This document shows, in pieces, positions 52,129 to 64,000 of a DNA stretch of 64,000 nt. The notes below the pieces were generated by a model. That model was not told the origin of the DNA. It worked only from the letters and a program-made list of their open reading frames with translations, and ran no database searches. The position numbers were made by a program, and so were the translations under genes. Position 1 is the stretch's first letter, and each line of letters begins with the position of its first letter. The DNA is from Zootoca vivipara (taxonomy: Eukaryota), in contig NC_083284.1 of NCBI RefSeq assembly GCF_963506605.1, positions 23,250,001 through 23,314,000 of the forward strand. Direction: 5' to 3'.

Positions 52129-52439
52129 CATGCCCTCTAACATCCCAGTGATCAAAATTGGGGTGCTCGGTTTTTTTGTGTTCCTTAGCTCTTGTGGGAG
52201 CATGCAGGACCAAAAAACAACCATCTTTTGGTCTAATGCTCTGGTGTGAGCCAGCTGATTCACACAAAAGTGTGAGACCAAGAAATGAGGATTGTTTGGT
52301 CCAGCGCTCTGGTGCGAGCCTGCTGACTTGTGACAGAGCAGCGGACCAAAATTAGGACATTCCGGGATCCAATCAGAAGCCAGGATGGCTTCTGTGATTC
52401 TGGGGTGTCGTGCTCAAATCAGGGAGGTTGAGAGGTATG
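52129..52439. mobile_element. Degenerate hAT-like MITE (catg/catacc...ggtatg type)
   Basis: Termini CATGCCCTC/GAGAGGTATG; ggacattccgggatc.aatcagaa shared with 49540-49570; flanks ggagattt/ggatttcc only loosely similar. Confidence 0.5.
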
Positions 52440-54853
52440 GGATTTCCAAGGGGCAGCTAGAAAGACTTAGTGGGCCACACTCAACCCCTGGCCTGAGGTT
52501 CCCTAAACCCTTTTAATGAAGAGGTGAAGCTCAACAATCTTCTACAGCAAAACGAAGAATAGCAAGATCACAATGTTGATGTTACAGTTTGCAGTGCTGC
52601 ATTTCGCTTTTCAACACTACAAAATCTTTCCTCAGACAACTTTATTTAGCTAGGCATAGATAGATGGAAGAAACAGAAATCTAAATGAAACCACAACGGC
52701 CTTTGTCCCTGCTTCTCAACAAGAGGAACTCACAAAATACATTCCAGGCTAGTTGTACACATGGGAGATTGTTGTCACATAATCAAGTCTGGTGGTGAAA
52801 CTTTTTGGCAAGGTAATGAAGGTCGAATGGGAACATGAGAATGTAGTTTGGAGAAATCACAGCTAGATAAGTGAAACTCTGAAATTAAAGAGCAGCAAAA
52901 CTGACACACATATGTTTATTGGTGCTCAGTCCAGCATACAACACAATTCTTTCTACCCATTGAGTCCTATTGCAGCCCTGCTAAGCTGGGGGATGATGAC
53001 TGGCTCATGGTTGTTCACTGTGCTTCATGGCTGAGAGTCAGACACTTAGACCAGGGGTAGGAAACCTTTTTCACCCCAAGGGCCACATTCCCTTCTGAGC
53101 AACATACCAGGGGCCAGTGCTGGGTGGGGCCAGAGGCAGAAGAGAATGGAGCAATAAATATATATTTTACCTCTGTGAAAGTTGGAATACTGGTCTATCT
53201 ACCTCATTTTCTTTACTGACTAGAAGTTGCTTATCTAGGGTTTAGAAATGAGTTTTTCAAAGCCACACTTTCAGAGGCAGGGGACATTCTGCCTGCAGAA
53301 CGTGTGCTCTGCTACTGAGCTACAGCCCTTCTTAGTCCAAGGTAGCCCACAATGGGATATAAATGCAATAATTAAAAGCAGGTCATTTTACTTTTATGTA
53401 CATAACGCTAATTATAATTATTATTTTTGCATTTCAATTGTCATGGTTTTATTAGATATTGTCTTGGTTGTTTTTTATTAGTGTTTTTAAGTGCAAAATT
53501 TTACTGGGTTGCTTTAAGTATTACTGCCTGTCCTTAGGCGCCAGGGTGTTTCAAATACATTCAATGAATTAAAATGTGGAAATACTGTCTGATGTTGCAT
53601 TCTGATCTCAACTGCAATGGCTCTTTTTTCAGTACACTTCAGCTTCTGCTCTTTTACAATAGCCTTTTGATCTGCTTCAGCATACTGGCTTTCTCAAAAC
53701 AATATTCCTTGAAAGTTCCGTTTGGGAACCTCGTCTTCCCTCTTGGATGTCTTTGAAACTAGTCAATGTTCAGTCATTTCTTCTTTAAAAAGTCCCAAAT
53801 CCTCTGGGTTTGGCACAACATCAGACCAAGGGTTGTTCCTTTGTAGAATAAATATCCGTTGTTGTTTTTTTGTTTTCACACTGGTCACTCTTATTGTCCG
53901 GTGGGTGGCCCAATTGTGCATTCATCCTTTTGTGCTTATTTACCACCCCTCAGACAACTCTGCCTGAAAGAACGCAACTGCTGCATTTCTTCAAAACCAA
54001 GGAAAGGTTATTGTGATGCAATTTCATTCAAATGTGCTGCTTTATGAATCCCCAAGGAAACAACAGATCAGAGAAGGGAAGACCAGCCTCTTTCCATTCT
54101 GTGCCAGTTTTATATAGCTCCATAAGTCCATTCCATCTACTTCTTTTTCAGATTGCTTTTTTAAAAAAACAACACACCACCTTAAATTTTATTTGCCTTT
54201 CCCTAATTTTTGAATTCTTTCCTTAAATTTGTATTTTTGTATGCTTTTCAGTGTGTTTCCCCATAAAAGATATTTTACTGTTTGCATTTTTCTGTAAAAT
54301 ACGTGTGTTGTATCCAATACCGCTAATACTCAGAACAGACCCATTGAAATTAATGACTTACTTAGGTTTATTCGTTTCAGTTGGTTTACTTGGACTGGAC
54401 TTAGTTGGGTAAAAAACCAAGCATTTTATGTGCATTTTCTTAAACTAAAAATGCCCTGTAGAATTCAGAAAGTAATTGACAGCTGGCTTCTGATCCACAT
54501 ACAAGCTTTTAAATGCAGAGTGAACCATATTTCTCCCTCCATTTCTTACGACAATCTCTTGTGAGGGAAAGTGTATATAGATCACCTGTGTAAGGTAATT
54601 TATAAAAGATTTGGCTGGATCCCTAGAGTGACAGTGCTGAGTTTCCAGCAAGAGAGACACCCCAGCTGAGTTTTAACATCACAAAAGCAAGCAGTAGTAT
54701 AGCATGAGGAAAGTAGGTTGTTAGGCCTCTTAACTATCCTGTTTAGTCCGCAACCAGAGGTTCCCCATTTCTACTCTTCTTATCATTGAATAGGCCAATT
54801 TTAAAATGCTTACTGTGAATCCTGCCACCTGCAGAGGCTCCTGTGAGTGCACG

Positions 54854-55474
54854 TGTACCTCGGTTTAAGTACACAATTGCTTCTGGAAGTCTGTACTTAA
54901 CCTGAAGCAAACTTTCCCATTGAAAGTAATGGAAAGTGGATTAGTCCATTCCAGATAGCCCGCAGAGTACTTAAACTGAAGCGTACTTAAACTGAAGCGA
55001 ACCTTCCCATTGAAAGTAATGGAAAGTGGATTAATCCGTTCCAGACGGGTCCACAGAGTACTTAAACTGAAGCATACTTAGCCTGAAGCGAACTTTCCCA
55101 TTGAAAGTAATGGAAAGTGGATTAATCCATTCCAGACGGGTCCGTGGAGTACTTAACCTGAAGCGTACTTAACCTGAAGCGAACTTTCCCATTGAAATAA
55201 TGGAAAGTGGATTAATCCGTTCCAGACGGGTCTGCGGAGTACTTAACCTGAAGCGTACTTAACCTGAAGCAAACTTTCCCATTGAAAGTAATGGAAAGTG
55301 GATTAATCCGTTCCAGATGGGTCCGTGGAGTATTTAACCTGAAGCGAACTTAACCTGAAGCGAACTTTCCCATTGAAAGTAATGGAAAGTGGATTAATCT
55401 GTTCCAGACGGGTCCGCGGAGTACTTAAACTGAAAGTACTCAAACCGAAGCGTACTTAAACCGAGGTATGACTG
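54854..55474. repeat. Tandem array of six ~91-bp units inside a Tigger-like MITE
   Basis: ggaaagtgga recurs at 54931, 55021, 55112, 55202, 55293 and 55384. Ends gtacctcggtttaagtac...gtacttaaaccgaggtatgactg|TA. Confidence 0.92.
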
Positions 55475-56090
55475 TATCTGTTTTGGATGATTCCGCAACA
55501 CTCCAAGAGGAGCTTTTCAGACGTTCCAACCTAATATCTTTTCCTCTGAACCATCAGATCACACAAATTGTGCTTTTTCATACTACTGCACATTCTATAA
55601 ATGGCCACACAGTTGTATTGCAGTATCTACACCAACAGTAGATGCTCAATAAAATTATCTGTTAATATAAAGGGACCAGGCTGTACCTCTGTGATAGTGT
55701 ACACTATAACATACACATCTAATACACCTCTTTGTCCTGGCTTTTGACACTTGAGGTGTATATTTTTTAGAACCCACCTTATTTCTGTTAGTTGCTTTAA
55801 ACTGTTTTTAATGTTGTGTTGTAAAGTTGTGTTTCAATGTCATAACCTGCTTAGGACCTTAGGGTGAAAGGCAGGTAATAAATTGAATCATCAGCATCCT
55901 CTACATTATTCATGGCTATTTTTGCAAATGTCTATATTCCCATGGTCTGAAAATCTACTGAATATAAAAATGATAATTATCATCCCAGCCATTTTCATGG
56001 ACTAAATGGCTGGGATCAGCAGAAGTGTTGAGCTGGAACCCACGTGGTTTTTCAACAATTTCAGTAAGTAGCGAATTGAAGATATTCAAT

Positions 56091-56133
<43 letters not shown>

Positions 56134-57054
56134 GCAAACCTGACCATATGGGGGGAGATGCCAGTGACCAAATTCCAGTCTCCTTCCAACCCTTCCTCTG
56201 CTGACTATTAATTCTGCATTACAAAAGGGGCAAAAGGTCATAAAAGTTGACGCAACTGATTATGAACTCTCTTGCCAGTTCTGAAAATTGTCAAGGAACG
56301 CAAACCCCAGAGACACATTGACTTCTCACTTTCAGTGCCCAAGGCACAAGTGCAGCCGATAGCTTCCTTCCAAACTCTGCTAATTCCAAATTTCACACTC
56401 TTGGGATAGTTGAATGAACGGGAATGCCTGCTACAAAGTCCGACTTCCTAATACAGGAAACGGCTGCTGCTGAGAGGCACGTCTGTAAATCCTTCTTCGG
56501 CACTGAGTGTCAGATATCACGATTCATTAGTAATGATTTGTTATATTGTAAGACATCCGTCTCACTTTGTATGTGTAACAAAGCGAGTGAAACACTGATT
56601 GCTCTGGGGGCAGGGGGGCAGAACTCACATTCGCTTCGTTGATAAAGTACCCGAAGGTCTCTGCTCTTTGATATTCAGGGAAGGTCCTCAAAACTCAATG
56701 CCCTTAACACAACCGCAGGCTAAGGCAACAAATGGTACAAAGGCTTAGAGGCATAGAAGCATTATAACTGTATAGTTAGAAGGGACCCCTCTCCCAACCC
56801 CCTACAAAGCAAGAATCTCAACTAAAGTATCCATGACTGATGTCCATCCAACCTTTAGCTGATTAACAATCCACGGCCTTTGGGATGTGTTTGTGGGAAA
56901 TAGGGGGTTTTGTTTTTGTTTTGACTATTTATTTGTGCCTTTACCTTGTATTTTCATGTTAAGAACTACCCTGAGATCTTGAGATGAAGGGTGGTGTATA
57001 AATCTAATAAATAAAAACAATAAACATAAATAACACCTCTGATTAAAAACCTCC

Positions 57055-57935
57055 ATTTTCCTCCTTCTTCCACATGACAGCCCTTTAGATATTTGAAAAT
57101 GGCTATCACTCTCCTCTCAGTCTCGTCTTTTCCAGGCTTGTTGTTGTTGCTGTTTAGTTGCTGTTGTTGCTGTTTAGTTGTGTCCGACTCTTCGTGACCC
57201 CATGGACCAGAGCACGCCAGGCACTCCTGTCTTCCACTGCCTCCCGCAGTTTGGTCAAACTCATGTTCGTAGCTTCGAGAACACTGTCCAACCATCCCAT
57301 CCTCTGTCGTCCCCTTCTCCTTGTGCCCTCCATCTTTCCCAACATCAGGGTCTTTTCCAGGGAGTCTTCTCTTCTCATGAGGTGGCCAAAGTATTGGAGC
57401 CTCAGCTTCACGATCTGTCCTTCCAGTGAGCACTCAGGGCTGATTTCCTTAAGAATGGATAGGTTTGATCTTCTTGCAGTCCATGGGACTCTTAAGAGTC
57501 TCCTCCAGCACCATAATTCAAAAGCATCAATTCTTCAGCGATCAGCCTTCTTTATGGTCCAGCTCTCACTTCCATACATCACTACTGGGAAAACCATAGC
57601 TTTAACTATACGGACCTTTGTTGGCAGGTCCTTTCCAGGACCTGTCCAGGCTAGACAAACCCAATTCCTTCGAGCATTCCTCATAGGGCTTGGTTTCCAG
57701 ACCCTCCTCTGCACACATTCCAGCTTGTCAATATCCTTCTTAAATTGTGTTCACAGTATTCCAGGTGTGGGCTGACAAAGGCAGAATAGAGTGGGACTAT
57801 CACTTCTCTAGATCGGGACACTATACTGGACACTTACTGTTGATGCAGCCTAGAATAGCTGTTGACTTGTGTTAAGCTTGTGGTCCACAAAGACCCCTAG
57901 ATCCTTTTTGCATGTACTACTAGCAAGCCAGGTGG
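57055..57935 (-). mobile_element. Degenerate CR1 fragment split by BovB
   Basis: IFKYLKGCHVEEG left of the BovB. To its right, tccaggctagac...gcagaatagagt..actat.acttc..tagatc...catgtact continues the CR1, by comparison with 25400-25810. Confidence 0.75.
57139..57628 (-). mobile_element. BovB (RTE) LINE 3' fragment
   Basis: ORF 57154..57411 (LQYFGHLMRREDSLEKTLMLGKMEGTRRRGRQRM.WLD...WRALVHGVTKSRTQL) is the BovB C-terminus; (CAA)n-type tail. Confidence 0.93.
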
Positions 57936-59389
57936 CCCTCATTTGTCTAAGTGTCACCTTTCACTGCTTTCATACATCAACTAGCTTGCAAGCAAGATGC
58001 TCCAAAGGGATGGGACAGGAAGAGAGCTGTAGCTCAGTAGTAAAGCATCTGCTTTGCATGCAGAAGGTCTTAGGTTCAATTCCTGGCAGTGAGAGAGAAT
58101 TATCCCACCCCACATCCATGAAACAGTGGGGGAACCCAAAACAAACCAGTGAGAACTGAGCATGATCAGTGCTCATAGAATGGTGGCTGATAGATTGTAG
58201 GAAAATTGTATATGCTAATGTATATATATAGGGACAAACTTAAAGTTTTGCATCCTCTTCCCTCTAATGGTTCCTTATGTTTAAATCAGATTTGGAACAG
58301 GTAGCCTTTCAAAAAGAAGGCACCTTTGAATAGAGGACAGTCCTCTGCAGAATAGGACACATGGTCCCTCTTTTCACTGTACTGTGAAGACATGTCCCAT
58401 ATCTCATTCCCCGATGCAGAATCTCTTTGTTTAGCTCTAGAGACCCATTACAACAATCTAGCTGGTGTAAAGAACATTCCCCTCGGATATTTTCACTTTG
58501 GCCTCATGTTTTATGCACACAGAGACACTGAAAATGCTCATTGGTTACACATTCATTGAGGAATGCACAGTAGTATCCTTATCTGTTATATCGCATACAG
58601 TTTAAGAAGAGCTATGGGAAAGCTCAAAAGAAAAGCAACAAACAATGGCTTTCATGAGAATCCATTACACTCAGATCTTGCTTCCAAACAATGATGAGGC
58701 TATCCACAGCTGTTGGATACTTGCAGAGACTCTGGGAAATAATTTGTTCTATAGAGTCAGGCCAGCACTTATATTGCCTATCCTGGTGGGAGGGAAATGA
58801 TACAAATGAATGGAAAAGTTGTAGTGGACCAACAAAAGGACCTCACCTTGCCAAAATCAAAACTACAGTATGTTATTAACTGACTTAGCCCTGGAAAAAG
58901 CGAAATAGTCATGGTCTGGACCTAACATAGCCAGTTGCATTGGCTTCCATAGGGTAAGTTAATGAGTTCTAGCAATACAAGCAAAGCCCATTCGTGTGGA
59001 TAACAGCTTACAGCCCTAAAAAATGTAAAGAACACCAGCCATATTTCAAACCTGGAAGCATTAATTTGCTAGAAAGGGATAGACTTGGAAATGTTCAGTT
59101 CAAAAGCAAGCATTGTCATTTGGGGGCTTAGACTCATTGGGAGTCTTTTAATTAACAAAAATGGGCGTAAATTACATCTATGGGGTGGAGGGGGAGACAA
59201 TGGTCAATGATCTTCCAGAATAAAGTATCTCTTGCTCTGTCCTGTTACATAGAGCAGTTCTGATAGAGCATAAAGCAGTAACAAATATTTTTATGATACT
59301 TCATGTTTTCACACTCCTTTATATGCTTATTTCCCCCTCCTCTTGTGGTGATGTTAGATATATATGAAAGGAAAAGAGGTGGTGTTTAA

Positions 59390-59720
59390 GGTTAAACCAC
59401 AGAGCCTAGGGCTTGCTGATCAGAAGGTCAGCAGTTCGAATCCCCACGATGGGGTGAACTCCCGTTGCTCGGTCCCAGCTCCTGCCAACCTAGCAGTTCG
59501 AAAGCACATCAAAGTGCAAGTAGATAAATAGGTACCACTCCAGCGGGAAGGTAAACGGTGTTTCCGTGTGCTGCTCTGGTTCGCCAGAAGCAGCTTTGTC
59601 ATGCTGGCCACATGACCTGGAAGCTGTACGTCAGCTCCCTCGGCCAATAACGCGAGATGAGCGCTGCAACCCCAGAGTTGGTCACGACTGGACCTAATGG
59701 TCAAGGGTCCCTTTACCTTT
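59390..59720 (+). mobile_element. Sauria SINE (5' trimmed)
   Basis: Homologous to the other copies. Confidence 0.9.
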
Positions 59721-60508
59721 ATGCTCAGATCCTGAACCCGAAGTTTCCTGAGATGAGAAGCAAGAGTAGATGCACCCTGCCACAGAGCTCCTCATTGCTA
59801 GTTACTCAGACAATCCAATAGATCTGAATATTTTGCTCCCAGGTCTGGAGGTCTTGGGTTCCTGGTCAGCTCTTAGACCAACCCCAGGCTGCAGGAGCAA
59901 GAGGAGATGGCAAGCCAGATAGGAATGCCAGAGCTGCCACCGAAGTGCCTTAGCTGCTCCTCAGGAGGAAATGGAATCACATGGAAAAAACCTGCATAGA
60001 TCAGGGCCTGAGAGAGAGCAGGGAAAGGGGTGTAGCCTCCACCTATATAAGGGTGAGCTGCATCATTATTGAAGCAACAGCTCTCATCATAGATCCAAGC
60101 TCCTGCTTGACCTGTGGAAATGGATAGGTGGCAATTGTATTCCAGCCTAGATGACAGCTGCCATGGGTCCAACTTTACAGAGGACACCTGTCTCTCTCAC
60201 TGAAGGGAATGCCAGTCCAAGCCAGGTTTGGACTTCCAACATGGGTGGCCATATGTCCAGATTTTCCCAGACATTTAAGCAATTTTCACCTGGACACTGT
60301 TTACGAGGGTGAAATACCATTCGTGTCCAGGAAATTCTGGAAGTATGGCAACCCTACTACTGTAGTGTCTTTTCAAGCCCTGATACTTTGTAGGTGAGGA
60401 CACCGCAGACTAAAACTGTGACTTGTTCCATAGGGAAAATAGAATCCATGAGCTATTGAAAACTATTCTCTTGCATGTTCTCCACAGCTTGGCTTGAATG
60501 GATTAACG

Positions 60509-60555
<47 letters not shown>

Positions 60556-62518
60556 GCCAGATATGTTGTAATGGCAGCTCTAAATTTTGGTGTGGGACAA
60601 CTTCTATGTCCTTGTTATCCAGGAGGTGTAAAAGCTCAGGGGGTTTCCCCAGGAAATATATAAAGTACACATTGCATGTGAAGTGAGTGAAAATACCCTT
60701 CTTCTATTTGCCATAACAGCAACCTTTCTGGGTTTGTTGACTAGGGGTGCACATCAGATTTGGACAAATCTTGAATCTTCAGACAGATTCAGGGCTGGTC
60801 CAAACCAAAGCAGGCTTTTTTCCAAGCACCCTGCAGGGGTCTGTGAAGCAATTTGGGATGCTTCAGAGGATTAGGCATCGAAAAGACTGCTGCCATAACA
60901 GAAATCTTTCTCCCCAAGGCTGCCATATAAGAAAAATGGCACGGTTAGGAGAGGAAAAACAGGGAGCGCTTTTGTGACTGGTGCCAAATCAGGGTCTGAA
61001 CTGAATTTTGTGGTCTGTGCACACCCCTGCTGTTTAGCACATATCCCAAAAGAGCTTGTGCTAAATGGAGGTGGGGAAGCTGAGCAGGGCAGAATCTCAA
61101 CCTTATGTGCACCATGTCAAATTGGCAATACATTCTTCCATCCATGCCCTGCATATTAAATACAGATTTTATTTCATCATCGCCCCAACCACATGTGTTT
61201 GGAAATATTCCCCATTGACTTGAATAGGATTTACTTCCAAGTAAGTGGGATGAGGATCACAGCCGTAAGATATATTTTTTCCCCATTTCATTTCCTTCTC
61301 TCTGTTCGAAGCCATTTTCTATGTATTTTTTTCCCTTTTATGAGCTACCAAATTACATAAGACCAAATGTACCTATTTAGTGAAAATGGTTTCCATTAGT
61401 TTGTAACTTTAGCCAAACATTGTTTTCTTTTGAAGGAAGATAATGGAGAACAGGTGGAGATGTTTAGCATCAGGCTGCTGTTTCTAGTATTACATATCAT
61501 CTGGGAGTCACCGGCAATCTCTGAAAGCTGTCAGGGCTGCTGGGGAACAAGTATGATCCAGAGCACATTCCATACATAAAAAGCCTTTTTGAAAATTTAA
61601 GTAGGTGAGACAGGAGAAAACTAGCTGGTTGGCAAAAGGATTTTAAAGTGTCCTTGGTCAAGGTCAGGCCTTCCTTCTGTACTTAAACTGGTCTCCAGTT
61701 CTGCAGAAGCATCTCAACATCCTTTCAGAGATGTAACTAAAATAGATCACTTCATCTTTTGCAGCCTTGAATTCGGAATTTAGAAACGTGAGCAATATCC
61801 ATGCTACCAATGTGAATGTAGATAGATGGATGGTCTCCGAGAGGAAGATCATTTGAAAAAGGTGACTGCAAATAAAATCACCTCCTTAAATGCTTTAAGA
61901 AGACTAATCCATCAAGCCCAGGAAGAAGTGTGTGTGCCATTTCAGCTATCAATGGCATCTTTGTTTTCACTATGGTGCCAGTGTCCCTTGCTGTTAGCTT
62001 TTGGCAGCTTCAAGTAATTGTCCAGCATAACCCATTTTTCATTTCACTTTTAACTTACCGGGTATATACAGTACTTACTGTCTTTCTGTATTGCTATACA
62101 CAAGGCAGTTTGCAAGCGGGAGGTATGCAACAAAGATCGCACACCTTATAACAATCTGATCCGATACAAATAAGTCATGATAAAAAATATGACTTGAAAA
62201 CAAGCAACTTATATCGAACAGAGTGATATTCAACAATCCAATGGACTATAATAGTACACAATAAAAAAATAACCCTCAAAATATCAGCAAATACTAATTA
62301 AACAGAAATTCATTCTCAACCACTTCAATAAATCATTGCTAAACTATAACCAATCAGAATAAGAACAAGTCACAATACATAAAATATGTATTTTTTTAAA
62401 AAAACCACCTACCAGGGCTAACACCTGCCCTAGATCCCACCCACTCCTCATAAGACGGCCGGGTCTTTGTGCCATGTTTTAATTTTTTTCACAATTCCCC
62501 CAGTGTAGCATAACTCCA

Positions 62519-62872
62519 GGGACCCAGGTAGCGCTGTGGTTAAACCACTGAGCCTAGGGCTTGCTGATCAGAAGGTTGGTGGTTCGAATCCCTGTGACGG
62601 GGTGAGCTCCCGTTGCTCGGTCCCAGCTCCTGCCAACCTAGCAGTTCGAAAGCACGTCAAAATGCAAGTAGATAAATAGGAACTGCTACAGCGGGAAGGT
62701 AAACGGTGTTTCCATGTGCTGCTCTGGTTTGCCAGAAGCGGCTTTGTCATGCTGGCCACATGACCTGGAAGCTGTACGCCGGCTCCCTCGGCCAATAATG
62801 CGAGATGAGCACGCAACCCCAGAGTCGGTCACGACTGGACCTAATGGTCAGGGGTCCCTTTACCTTTACCTT
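62519..62872 (+). mobile_element. Sauria SINE
   Basis: Full-length; TSD TAGCATAACTCCA. Confidence 0.92.
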
Positions 62873-63962
62873 TAGCATAACTCCAAGGCACTGTGAGGAA
62901 TAAGATGGTGGCTTGTAGCCTTTTGCTGCTGACTCCTTGCTGCTAAAATCTGAGTGCCACAGCTGATAAGACCCGGGATACTTGTCAGTTTGCAGAGCCC
63001 AAGCAATTCCATATATTAAAGTGTTGTTCTGGTGCTGGAATTGTTACACCCCATTGGAAATGCTTCTATGCTAGGTCAACGTACTATTTAAGCTGCTTGC
63101 CACCCTGACTGACGGTGGATCTGCAGAGACTTGGGCTGAAACCTTTCTCAATAGCTGCCACTTGATCCTCTTCACTGAAGATGCCAGGCCTTGAAACTAG
63201 GGTTTTCTTCATACAAAACATGTTTTTTTATGACTGATCTCCAGAAAAACTTGAAAGTCCCTCTGATTTCCCTAGTGTTTCTGGGAATTGTTTCTGAAAA
63301 GCAGCAACTTTAAGACCATTACTTCTCAAGCTATAGCACAATGTCTTTTTAAAAGGAAATTTTTCTGTGTCAGTGTTGTAAACTGCAAAGCCGCAGTTGT
63401 GACAAATATTCTGAGCGTTGGTAGAACATGAGGCTACGGAAAATTACAACCCTGGTGTTTAATCTACAGAGCATCCATCATGAAAAGTGGGCCATCAATA
63501 TATACAATGCATAGGCATGATTATAGCTCTTTAACCTCAATACTGTATAAAGTTCAGCTGGTTTTGTTCAACGTGTCATGTGATTATTCATAAAAAAGCA
63601 AAACATGCACATGCAACTTCCTTCCTCCATGTTGCCAGCAGCCCAGCATGTAAGGGTCCTACACAGAGCTAAAGAAAAAATTAAAAGTTCTTGGTTGCTA
63701 CCATTACTTGGTGAAAAGTCAGCATGAAAATGTAGGTGGGAGTTAAATATTAGGCAAAACATCTTGTGAAATCTGTAAACCAGTGATTCCCTATGTGCTG
63801 GGGCACTCTAGCCATAAGGGGGACTGAAATGTGCTTTAGGCACTTTTAATCACCAGGTTAAATATCCCTGCCACTTTCTGCTCCTTGGAGTCGGGAGATC
63901 TCCTGCACAACTGATGCCCTGCATGCCTTTTCTCATGGCCAAGTCTAGAACTTCCAAGGAGA

Positions 63963-64000
63963 CAGGGGCGTAGCGAGGCGCCGCAACACCCGGGGCGGCA
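63963..64000 (+). mobile_element. Probable left end of another GC-rich hAT element, cut by the window edge
   Basis: Abrupt switch to CpG-rich CAGGGGCGTAGC..., similar to the CAGGG/CATGGGCGTA termini in this window. Confidence 0.4.

Noticed and set aside
48880-53850. Short similarity tcaga.caagg.ttgttcct at ~48889 and ~53821
   Set aside because: About 20 bp only; it could not be extended or assigned, so it is likely chance or a very old repeat.
54854-55474. Regularly spaced repeats resembling a CRISPR array
   Set aside because: Head-to-tail tandem units with no unique spacers, inside MITE termini, in a vertebrate genome with no cas genes.
58017-58090. tRNA-like sequences (also ~3480, 11110, 28645, 39190)
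   Set aside because: They are SINE heads with degenerate A/B boxes followed by SINE bodies or lacking intact stems, not functional tRNA genes.
59870-60200. TATA-containing, LTR-like stretch
   Set aside because: No definable TG...CA boundaries or TSD.

Overview
Eukaryotic (squamate, most likely lacertid lizard) genomic DNA, judged from Sauria SINEs, BovB, L2, CR1 and L1 fragments and many non-autonomous hAT and Tc1/mariner(Tigger)-like MITEs. The only intact gene is DKK2 on the minus strand: exons 2-4 at 41858-41708, 39702-39553 and 35527-35277, with a ~3 kb 3'UTR. Exon 1 lies beyond the right edge. Everything else is intron or intergenic DNA, with one 134-N assembly gap. Standout finding: a 708-bp non-autonomous hAT element (15-bp TIRs, perfect 8-bp TSD TGCAGAGC, inserted into an older MITE) at 11954-12661. 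It carries a CpG-rich upstream/5'UTR-like segment and the start of the coding sequence of what I recognise as AP4E1 (MSDVVERTLSALPGL...), i.e. a Pack-type gene-capturing DNA transposon. Several other young DNA-transposon copies show variable GC-rich cargo, housekeeping-promoter motifs (ETS/YY1/NRF1-like) or internal tandem-repeat expansion. All gene and repeat identifications come from recalled sequence, not database searches.
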